Origin: a phage
DNA length: 64,000 bases
Sequence record: PX915678.1
Strand: one strand, 5' to 3'
The notes under the pieces were generated by a model. The model worked only from the letters and a program-made list of their open reading frames with translations, ran no database searches and had not been told where the DNA came from. Positions 57,372 to 64,000 of the stretch are shown in pieces. A program made the translations under genes and the position numbers. Within the stretch, counting starts at the first letter, position 1. Each line of letters opens with the position of its first letter.

Positions 57372-58003
57372 TCAACTACCTCAATATCATACACTTTAAA
57401 TGTTCCAAATGAATCGTGTAATTTTTCTTTTGAAATAGAAGTTATTTTATACTTTCCAATTGGAATCATCCATTCTTGTTCACGTACAATCATCATTAAG
57501 TTATCAGTACGTTCTGAATCTAATCCATCAGTATCTTCATATGTATACTTAAACTCAGTGTTAGGAGAAGAAAGTATAATATCGCTGATATGGTCAGAAT
57601 AATTAAAAGCTTTATCAGTTTTTAAGCGAAATATTATTTCAGTGGAATATTCAACATAAGAAAAACCACATGCTGTGTGCAAACTAGTAGTAAATGAATC
57701 TACTCTATTCGTTGAAAACACTTCTCCAACTTGTAAATCTTTAATGAGTTCTTTTGTCGATTTTGATATACCACGATATAGCTGATAAGGTGATTTAGTT
57801 AAATGCTTTTTAACGATTTTATTCAACTGCCGATGAAGAGCTTCATTCTTTTTGGCTTCCATACATTGCCAAAGAATTGACTGTTCAAAGTCAGTAAATT
57901 TTTCACAGACCTTTTTATACATATCATATTGAAAATCAACACTTTCAGCTTTTATAGATAACTGTTCAACATCTGCAAGATTAATAATCATGATAGCCTC
58001 CAT
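57368..58003 (-). CDS. modB: ADP-ribosyltransferase ModB
   Basis: 211 aa; LYRGI ... EQEWMIP; paralog of modA, 4-nt overlap. Confidence 0.8.
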   Translation of the reverse strand: MEAIMIINLADVEQLSIKAESVDFQYDMYKKVCEKFTDFEQSILWQCMEAKKNEALHRQLNKIVKKHLTKSPYQLYRGISKSTKELIKDLQVGEVFSTNRVDSFTTSLHTACGFSYVEYSTEIIFRLKTDKAFNYSDHISDIILSSPNTEFKYTYEDTDGLDSERTDNLMMIVREQEWMIPIGKYKITSISKEKLHDSFGTFKVYDIEVVE

Positions 58004-58017
58004 ATACTTCAGAAGCT

Positions 58018-58048
58018 ATCATATCATTGTTAGGAAGGAAAGTAAACA
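58018..58048 (-). promoter_or_regulatory. T4-type early promoter for modB-modA
   Basis: Minus strand GTTTAC-18 nt-TATGAT. Confidence 0.5.
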
Positions 58049-58058
58049 ACTTTTTGAA

Positions 58059-58241
58059 TTATTTTGCCCAGGGAGCCCAGGGCGGAGGGTCAAGATGGTA
58101 TGAAGCTAGTTCTTCTAGAAGAGCATCTGGGGCTTCAATTCCATAATTCTGTAATACTATACGGTACTCTTTCTTATAATCACTAGAATCATTCTGGATA
58201 TTCGTAGAATGATTATCTTCTAACATCTCAAATAAATCCAT
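58059..58241 (-). CDS. hypothetical acidic protein (60 aa)
   Basis: ORF. Confidence 0.45.
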   Translation of the reverse strand: MDLFEMLEDNHSTNIQNDSSDYKKEYRIVLQNYGIEAPDALLEELASYHLDPPPWAPWAK

Positions 58242-58249
58242 ATTAATTC

Positions 58250-58720
58250 CTAGCGATAAAAACCAAAATGACGATTAGCTTCAATAATCTTTCTTTCTTC
58301 TTCGGACATTCTCCAGCGTAGTCCAACATCAAAATGAGCCCAGACCATCTTAACAAATGCATTTATATCTTTAATATCTTCAATAATGAATGTTTTACTT
58401 TTATAAGGTTGACTAGCTAATTTAACTTTATCGTCTTCAAACAGGTCAAAAAGACCATATTCATTAGCTCTTTTATAGCCTTTAATAGTTAAAGCTTCAG
58501 AAGAAGAAAACGGTGAATCAGTATTCTGTAAAATATCTTCAGTATGCTTTATAATTAGAATAACATTTTCTGGATATTTTCTTTCTTTTATATCTTTAAT
58601 TAAAAGATCCGGATTTTCTGCTAAAGGAATAATTAATGAGCACTCTTTATCAAGTGTATTTACTGATTTACCTTCTTTAGACATAAATTCTATTGAATAA
58701 TGTTTTGCTACTTCAATCAT
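58250..58720 (-). CDS. hypothetical protein (156 aa; possibly mrh position)
   Basis: ORF; positional guess only. Confidence 0.45.
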   Translation of the reverse strand: MIEVAKHYSIEFMSKEGKSVNTLDKECSLIIPLAENPDLLIKDIKERKYPENVILIIKHTEDILQNTDSPFSSSEALTIKGYKRANEYGLFDLFEDDKVKLASQPYKSKTFIIEDIKDINAFVKMVWAHFDVGLRWRMSEEERKIIEANRHFGFYR

Positions 58721-58865
58721 GTGATTTCCTCTTGCCTACTAATGGGCCGTCAGGAATTTTGTTTTCCTGGATATATTTCTCATTTTCTTCCATCATTTTA
58801 CTGCCAATTTTAAGAAGCAAATCCAGTGCTTCGTTTGCTTTAGCTTTAGCCTCTTCTAATGTCAT
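58713..58865 (-). CDS. small ORF (50 aa)
   Basis: [31 protein letters not shown]...; overlaps next ORF start; weak SD. Confidence 0.3.
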   Translation of the reverse strand: MTLEEAKAKANEALDLLLKIGSKMMEENEKYIQENKIPDGPLVGKRKSHD

Positions 58866-58873
58866 ATCTCTGT

Positions 58874-59077
58874 TCACGATTTATCCCCATAGATGTCTCT
58901 CATCAATTTAAGCGCTGAGCGTTCTAATTTCTTTTCTTTCTCAGCACTAATCATTGATTTCATCCATTCTTCCGATTCGTTCTGCATTTCTTTATTTGCT
59001 TGTTCAACCCAACCATCGTCAATATACATTGAGTTTGGTCTATTGAACCATTCAAGCATTTTCTTCAGAACTTTCAT
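58874..59077 (-). CDS. hypothetical protein (67 aa)
   Basis: ORF. Confidence 0.45.
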   Translation of the reverse strand: MKVLKKMLEWFNRPNSMYIDDGWVEQANKEMQNESEEWMKSMISAEKEKKLERSALKLMRDIYGDKS

Positions 59078-59549
59078 TTGTTTTACCTAAAATAACAGTA
59101 GGAGCATCATCAAATTCATGAATTTTTAGCAAATTTGGATGTAAACTATTCCATACAGAAGAAATAAAGTATGATAAAGCATCTTCACTTGCAATTATAA
59201 ATTTATTTCCTTTATCTATTTTCCAACTATATACTGAATCATACGAATAAAAAGATAAAGGTTTATCATTATATTGTTCTGCGCTAACATTAATGTATTC
59301 TGATTTAGTAAATGCTTCAATTGCTCTAAATGGAATATTTGGTACAGTTTCAATAATACCAATCTTTTTAAGTTTTATTTCAGCATCTTCTGGAACTGGC
59401 ATTGAAACGAAATTTTCTACGAGATACATTGGGTCACAATAACCCTTATCAGTCATTACTGCTACGGTAATTGGAACGTCTTTAGCAAACGACAAACTAT
59501 TACTGCTAATATACATTTCAAACAAAATCGCTTCCATAATTTTCCTCAA
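59052..59549 (-). CDS. hypothetical protein (165 aa)
   Basis: ORF coupled to neighbours. Confidence 0.5.
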   Translation of the reverse strand: MRKIMEAILFEMYISSNSLSFAKDVPITVAVMTDKGYCDPMYLVENFVSMPVPEDAEIKLKKIGIIETVPNIPFRAIEAFTKSEYINVSAEQYNDKPLSFYSYDSVYSWKIDKGNKFIIASEDALSYFISSVWNSLHPNLLKIHEFDDAPTVILGKTNESSEENA

Positions 59550-59884
59550 TCACAAGATGTAGATGAACAACTAGAATCACAAGAACTTCCACATGAATCG
59601 CCCGTCCATACATGAACAGGAACATTAGTATCATATGAATCAGAACTAGACTGTGTATTCTGCGCATTAGATGATGTAGGTGTTGACCAACGCCAAGGAT
59701 TTTTATAATATTCCTGGGCTTCTTCATACGTCATAGTAACCGCTTCTACTGTTCCATCTCCCATATAAACATATTCAACTACAGTTAAAGGAAGGTAGTC
59801 ATTTGAAATAGGAACTACACCTTCTCCGGGAGTTGTAGAGAAAAAATCCGTAAAGAAACTTTTAAACCAATTAAAGATAAACAT
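59546..59884 (-). CDS. hypothetical protein (112 aa) with Ser/Cys-rich C-terminal tail
   Basis: Hydrophobic N-terminus; C-terminus ...[19 protein letters not shown]. Confidence 0.5.
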   Translation of the reverse strand: MFIFNWFKSFFTDFFSTTPGEGVVPISNDYLPLTVVEYVYMGDGTVEAVTMTYEEAQEYYKNPWRWSTPTSSNAQNTQSSSDSYDTNVPVHVWTGDSCGSSCDSSCSSTSCD

Positions 59885-60096
59885 TACAAAAAGCCTCTTT
59901 GAAATTCGACTCTTTGAAATCCACCCCAGTCAGTGTATCGCATTTCAGCATTGAACTCGACTGAACCATCTGCATGCATCATGAATGAATGCGTGACGAT
60001 ATCACAATCCCAGCTTTTCATACCCCATTTATCAGAGATAGCTTTATCAAGAACCTTCTGGAGGTCTTCATTTGGTTTAATCCAACGATTTAACAT
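59884..60096 (-). CDS. hypothetical protein (70 aa)
   Basis: ORF downstream of early promoter. Confidence 0.5.
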   Translation of the reverse strand: MLNRWIKPNEDLQKVLDKAISDKWGMKSWDCDIVTHSFMMHADGSVEFNAEMRYTDWGGFQRVEFQRGFL

Positions 60097-60122
60097 AGTG
60101 CTCTCCTCTATAAGATAATTCT

Positions 60123-60152
60123 ATTATACCATACTTGTTTTGGAAAGTAAAC
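60123..60152 (-). promoter_or_regulatory. T4-type early promoter
   Basis: Minus strand GTTTAC-18 nt-TATAAT. Confidence 0.5.
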
Positions 60153-60166
60153 CGGTAAAATGAAAA

Positions 60167-60188
60167 AAGGACTCCCGAAGGAGTCCTT
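60167..60188 (-). terminator. intrinsic terminator downstream of soc
   Basis: aaggactcc-cgaa-ggagtcctt with U-run; same hairpin as 6875..6894. Confidence 0.6.
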
Positions 60189-60194
60189 GAATTA

Positions 60195-60431
60195 TTAACC
60201 ACTTATTTGTGTAGGCGTAAACATTGCAGCATTCTTAGTTTTCCAATCAGCTGCATCAGAAACTACGGTAGAATATGCTGCCTTTTCAGAAGGAAAGATC
60301 TGATAATGAGAATCTGCGATACGATGCTCGTTAGAATAAATTTCAAACGGAACAGAAACTTCCATACCTTTAACTTCTTTGCCTTCACCTGCTGGATGAG
60401 TAAAGGTCTTGATGTTAACGAAACCACCCAT
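60195..60431 (-). CDS. soc: small outer capsid protein Soc
   Basis: 78 aa; ...YQIFPSEKAAYSTV... matches Soc as recalled; late promoter upstream. Confidence 0.8.
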   Translation of the reverse strand: MGGFVNIKTFTHPAGEGKEVKGMEVSVPFEIYSNEHRIADSHYQIFPSEKAAYSTVVSDAADWKTKNAAMFTPTQISG

Positions 60432-60462
60432 AATAAACTCCTTTATTGTTTAATTACAGGTG

Positions 60463-60470
60463 TATTTATA
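60463..60470 (-). promoter_or_regulatory. late promoter (TATAAATA) for soc
   Basis: TATAAATA on minus strand ~32 nt upstream of soc ATG. Confidence 0.6.
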
Positions 60471-60473
60471 TCA

Positions 60474-60992
60474 TCAATAACCTCGGTCTTGACGAGCGAA
60501 GTTTTCAGCATTTTTCAGATAATAAAGTTTAAAGATTTCTTCAGCAGTAAGACCGAGACCTTGGAACATGTTCAGAACGAAATGAAGAATATCAATCATT
60601 TCGAATTTAATTTCCAACTGGTCTTGTGGAGACAAATCAGTAATTAAAGTTTCACGGCGTTCACCGTGTTGCGACTTCCAAGGTTTCCATACAGCAGATG
60701 CATCTTTTTCACCATTGCTCATACCACCAAGAGAAGTCAGAAGTTCGCGGAATTCATCATCAATATAATCTTTCTGATTACGCAGCCAATCAACAACTTC
60801 ACCTGCAGTAGCCAAATCATCAGGATGATGGTTATATTCAGGTTTATCTTTAGCTAAACGAACCTGCAGAGATTTCTGCATATCAAGCATAACCTGCAGC
60901 GGGTCTTTTTCATCACCGAGAATATCCCAGTATTCATTTTGAGCTTTATCAGCGCCTTCAATCAGTTGACTACATTCATTAAAGTAAGCCAT
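60474..60992 (-). CDS. 56: dCTPase/dUTPase (MazG-like NTP pyrophosphatase)
   Basis: 172 aa from MAYFNECSQLIEGADKAQNEYWDILGDE; SD AAGGAAAA; track N-terminal extension rejected. Confidence 0.8.
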   Translation of the reverse strand: MAYFNECSQLIEGADKAQNEYWDILGDEKDPLQVMLDMQKSLQVRLAKDKPEYNHHPDDLATAGEVVDWLRNQKDYIDDEFRELLTSLGGMSNGEKDASAVWKPWKSQHGERRETLITDLSPQDQLEIKFEMIDILHFVLNMFQGLGLTAEEIFKLYYLKNAENFARQDRGY

Positions 60993-61063
60993 TATTTTTC
61001 CTTTCAATTCATGGGTTAGTAGATTAATTATACAATAAATATATAAAGCAATAAGGAGGACAT

Positions 61064-61264
61064 ATGGTACAAAAATTAATGGCACTTGTTAATGCCATAA
61101 AAGGTAATAAAAAACGTATAGCTTTTACTATTTCTGCTATGGTAGGAATTTTACTCTGGAATTTTGTTTTATCACCAATTGCTATTGCTCATGGTGTTAA
61201 TATTCCAGTAATTACTCTTGATACATTCGTAGATTTAGCATTTGCTTTGGTTGGGTTAATTTAA
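61064..61264 (+). CDS. small membrane protein (66 aa) on opposite strand between genes 56 and 61
   Basis: Strong SD AAGGAGGA 4 nt before ATG; two predicted TM segments; stop overlaps gene 61 stop. Confidence 0.45.
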   Translation: MVQKLMALVNAIKGNKKRIAFTISAMVGILLWNFVLSPIAIAHGVNIPVITLDTFVDLAFALVGLI

Positions 61265-62289
61265 ATCTTAGCATATTTAGATAGCCGCATTTTAGCCATC
61301 AACCCTTGGGCAATATTATTTTTCATATATTCCATAATTTGTTCAGGGGTTGCACCTTCCTTTCTAATCATATCATTAACATCTTTTGATTTCCAGGGAG
61401 ATTTATCCCAAAACATAACCCTTTCTCCTGCATCAACTAATTTAGTCATTCGTTTAATAGTGTCAGGGTGACGAGGTTCATTATCTAAAACCCATACACG
61501 TCTATCTTTAAATGGAACAATTTCTAGGTCTAATTGACCACCCGTAATAGCTATACCATTTTCAATAAAAAGCGAATCTATAGGTCCTTCTAGAACATAT
61601 ACATCGCCATCTTTGACTCGTTCAACTCCATAGATTTTTGTTGCCTCAGGATAAGCTTTGATGGTGATATATTTTTGAGGAGCATCTTTCTTTAATGCAC
61701 GTCCTTGAAAAGACTCGGCTTTTCCGTTAGCATTATAAATTGGAATAACAAGACGAGGCTCGGGCATTTCCTTTTTATATGTTCCTGGCGCTATACTATT
61801 AACTAATTTAGGCCATTCGGTTGTAAACCAAAGATATTTCCATTTATCCTTTGGAATACAACGAGCTTTTACATATTTTATAATTGGATGGTCTTCCGCC
61901 AGTTTATCTAGTCTAATGCATGACGGAAGAGATTTAATTATTTTCTTCTCAGGTTGTTTAGGAAGTTCTTTAGGTTTTTCTACTGGACGACTTTTACCTT
62001 TTTCTTTTCTTATTTCAAAGATATATTCACGATATAAATCAGGTTCAAACTCCTTTAAATATATTCCGATTGGTGCATGATAGTTACAGTTATAACAATG
62101 AATATTTCCTTCATTATTATCGCCATAATACCATCCACGGGCTTTATTTTGATCGGTTTTTGAATCTCCACAAACAGGACATCTAAACCGTAATTTAAAA
62201 GTTGAACTATTATTTACTTGTGCGAATTTAGGTAAATGAGCCAATGCACGGTATGCAAACTCATTATCAATCCAAGGTATTGATGACAT
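61261..62289 (-). CDS. 61: DNA primase gp61
   Basis: 342 aa; zinc ribbon CPVCGDSKTDQNKARGWYY...CYNCNYH; Toprim-like core. Confidence 0.9.
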   Translation of the reverse strand: MSSIPWIDNEFAYRALAHLPKFAQVNNSSTFKLRFRCPVCGDSKTDQNKARGWYYGDNNEGNIHCYNCNYHAPIGIYLKEFEPDLYREYIFEIRKEKGKSRPVEKPKELPKQPEKKIIKSLPSCIRLDKLAEDHPIIKYVKARCIPKDKWKYLWFTTEWPKLVNSIAPGTYKKEMPEPRLVIPIYNANGKAESFQGRALKKDAPQKYITIKAYPEATKIYGVERVKDGDVYVLEGPIDSLFIENGIAITGGQLDLEIVPFKDRRVWVLDNEPRHPDTIKRMTKLVDAGERVMFWDKSPWKSKDVNDMIRKEGATPEQIMEYMKNNIAQGLMAKMRLSKYAKI

Positions 62290-62291
62290 TT

Positions 62292-62456
62292 TTACTCTTC
62301 TTTTTCTTTAGATTCCTCTTTTTTCTTTTTAGGAATCTGTTCAGGACCTTTATTTACTACAGCACCTGACGTTGTTCCAGTGGAGATATTTTCAGGATTA
62401 CCACCTGAATCTCCAGCGACCATATCTTCTTTAATAAATTCTTTATATGTTTTCAT
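62292..62456 (-). CDS. small acidic protein (54 aa; 61.1 position)
   Basis: MKTYKEFIKEDMVAGDSGGNPENISTGTTSGAVVNKGPEQIPKKKKEESKEKEE; below track cutoff. Confidence 0.45.
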   Translation of the reverse strand: MKTYKEFIKEDMVAGDSGGNPENISTGTTSGAVVNKGPEQIPKKKKEESKEKEE

Positions 62457-62457
62457 A

Positions 62458-62814
62458 TTAACCTCTATTCATAAAAGCATTAAAAATTTGGTCATCAATC
62501 GATGGAATAGCAACTTTTTCTGCATCATTTAGCAAATCATTAATTTCATCAGATAGCATAACGCATGTACCTTTATTTCCTGTAATTGTTACTGCGCAAT
62601 TACGAACGTTTTCTTTATCAAATTTTAGGTTAATATTTTCGTAGTGAAAATCCTTTAATGCCGAATATATTTTTAAAATGAAATTGTCTTTTACTACAAT
62701 AAACCCAACTTCACTATTAAAACGTGGTTCATGGAAACTGTAATAAACCTTTTCATCTATAAAATCGTATGAAATTTTTTCCATTTTTAAATATGAAAAT
62801 TCAGAACTGTACAT
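62458..62814 (-). CDS. hypothetical protein (118 aa; 61.2 position, possible anti-DarT factor locus)
   Basis: Sits where T4-like gene 61.2 lies; function not inferable from sequence. Confidence 0.45.
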   Translation of the reverse strand: MYSSEFSYLKMEKISYDFIDEKVYYSFHEPRFNSEVGFIVVKDNFILKIYSALKDFHYENINLKFDKENVRNCAVTITGNKGTCVMLSDEINDLLNDAEKVAIPSIDDQIFNAFMNRG

Positions 62815-62826
62815 ACTAACCTCTAA

Positions 62827-63120
62827 TTACTCACCTACCACTTCAGCGATGATATTTTTATTATTAAAGTTTTTATCGCAATACAGAACATAATTATACT
62901 GCATTACACCGCCAGACTTAAGTTGTTTTTGCACTTCAGCTTTCATTTCAGGACGATCACGCTCAACGATATTCATAATATCCGCTTCAATTTGAGTTTC
63001 AACCTCAGTCTGATCTGCAGTCATAGACCACTCACACAAATCTTTGTCATAACCCGCCATAGCAGGCTGAGCAGCACAAGAAGATAAAGCAAAAATTGCA
63101 GCAAAGATAAATTTTTTCAT
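62827..63120 (-). CDS. sp: Spackle periplasmic protein (superinfection exclusion)
   Basis: 97 aa; signal peptide MKKFIFAAIFALSSCAAQPAMA; position 61.3 as in T4. Confidence 0.75.
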   Translation of the reverse strand: MKKFIFAAIFALSSCAAQPAMAGYDKDLCEWSMTADQTEVETQIEADIMNIVERDRPEMKAEVQKQLKSGGVMQYNYVLYCDKNFNNKNIIAEVVGE

Positions 63121-63148
63121 GATAATCTCCTCAGTAGTTTATGTTTAT

Positions 63149-63178
63149 ATAGTATCTCAATTTCCAATAAAAGTAAAC
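63149..63178 (-). promoter_or_regulatory. T4-type early promoter for sp
   Basis: Minus strand GTTTAC-18 nt-TACTAT. Confidence 0.5.
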
Positions 63179-63180
63179 AG

Positions 63181-63480
63181 CTATTTTAAAACTTCTGCAT
63201 AATCACATGTTACAAACTGTTTCTCTAACTTGACGATTTTACGAAAGTATCTTTTGCATTGACGAATCTGTCGCTTCGTAGGACGCACAGCAAACTTAAT
63301 AAATTCCACTCGACCAAATGGAGGACTTTCTTCTGCCGGAATATCTAATACTAATTCCCACGTATCTGCGATAAGTGCTTTAAATTGAGTATTTTTCCTG
63401 ACGTTATACGGTGTAGGTTTAAATAAAACAATATGCATATTATCCTCGGCAATCCACTTCGCATACTTTCTTGTCATCAA
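63181..63480 (-). CDS. hypothetical protein (99 aa; 61.4 position)
   Basis: ORF overlapping dmd 3' end. Confidence 0.45.
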   Translation of the reverse strand: MMTRKYAKWIAEDNMHIVLFKPTPYNVRKNTQFKALIADTWELVLDIPAEESPPFGRVEFIKFAVRPTKRQIRQCKRYFRKIVKLEKQFVTCDYAEVLK

Positions 63481-63622
63481 TGAAAGCTTTAACTAATGCT
63501 TTATTAACTTCAGCATATTGGGTAGTAGCCCATTGAACGTCATCTTTCATCATTGTGATTTCTTTAGTAAACATGCTTTCATTCTTAAACCACCCCATAA
63601 AAACTACCTTTACCAATTCCAT
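63440..63622 (-). CDS. dmd: Dmd antitoxin (discriminates mRNAs for degradation)
   Basis: 60 aa; MELVKVVFMGWFKNESMFTKEIT...; position between 61.4 and 41. Confidence 0.75.
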   Translation of the reverse strand: MELVKVVFMGWFKNESMFTKEITMMKDDVQWATTQYAEVNKALVKAFIDDKKVCEVDCRG

Positions 63623-63651
63623 AACAATCTCCTCATTTAACCAACAAGACT

Positions 63652-63681
63652 ACTATACCATAGTCTTGTCGGCTTGTAAAC
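63652..63681 (-). promoter_or_regulatory. T4-type early promoter for dmd
   Basis: Minus strand GTTTAC-18 nt-TATAGT. Confidence 0.5.
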
Positions 63682-64000
63682 TAAAATTTTAATTCATTTG
63701 CCAAAGCATCTAACTGAGCTCGAGCGGATTCGTTTCTTTGATAGCGATTCTGTTCAGCCTGAATCTGCTGTGAACCTGCTACTTCGTTCACTTCGGTTGG
63801 AGTAGAATCTTGCTCAATTTCTACCCATTTTTGATTTCCTTTTTGAACACCCATTAAAAACTTATTCCATTTATTCTTATCACCATATCGTGATTTGATT
63901 TGCTTAATGAGTTGTTGTTCAGCAGCTGCTAACTCCTCGGTTTCAATGACCGCAAGCATAAAATCGGCTGTTGCTGGAAGACCGGCAGATTCCGCAATAT
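63681..64000 (-). CDS. 41: replicative helicase gp41, C-terminal end only (start beyond right edge)
   Basis: Minus-strand frame open to window edge; C-terminal ...AQLDALANELKF; downstream of dmd. Confidence 0.7.
   Translation of the reverse strand, partial: IAESAGLPATADFMLAVIETEELAAAEQQLIKQIKSRYGDKNKWNKFLMGVQKGNQKWVEIEQDSTPTEVNEVAGSQQIQAEQNRYQRNESARAQLDALANELKF

Noticed and set aside
59518-59727. 69-aa His/Leu-rich minus-strand ORF
   Set aside because: Alternate frame fully inside the coupled ORFs 59052..59549 and 59546..59884; low-complexity translation.
60993-61085. N-terminal extension of the gene 56 ORF in the track (and similar extensions at 35185 for gene 38, 52797..52835, 22711..22731, 42709..42843)
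   Set aside because: The track appears to use TTG/GTG or upstream ATG starts; the extensions run into promoter sequence and lack an SD, while an internal ATG with a good SD matches the expected protein size.

Overview
This window reads as one contiguous ~64 kb segment of a T-even (T4/T2-like) myophage genome, with gene content and order matching T4 across the conventional map end. From left to right: alt (partial), 30 (DNA ligase) with nine small downstream ORFs, rIII, 31, cd, pseT, a spanin pair, alc, rnlA, denA, nrdB, nrdA, td, frd, 32, 59, 33, dsbA and rnh, all on the minus strand. The late tail-fibre operon 34-35-36-37-38 and holin t follow on the plus strand. The minus strand then resumes with asiA, arn, motA, 52, stp, ndd, denB, rIIB, rIIA, 39, a motB/dexA/dda block, modA, modB, soc, 56, 61, sp, dmd and the 3' end of 41. 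Identifications rest on my reading of the supplied translations (motifs, lengths, synteny); no database search was run. The ORF track appears to accept TTG/GTG starts, so several starts were moved to the first ATG with a Shine-Dalgarno (SD) sequence. I found no clearly novel multi-gene system. The points most worth a second look are: a NADAR/YbiA-like protein beside a HAD-like phosphatase; a ~350 bp ORF-free structured region between the 30.9-position gene and rIII; a small basic ORF coupled between frd and td; a T2-type receptor module (gp37 with a C-terminal self-cleaving chaperone-like domain plus a glycine-rich gp38 adhesin); an unsplit gene 39 with no gene 60; intron-free td and nrdB; and a lone plus-strand membrane micro-gene between 56 and 61. 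Promoter and hairpin coordinates are hand-indexed and may be off by a few bases.
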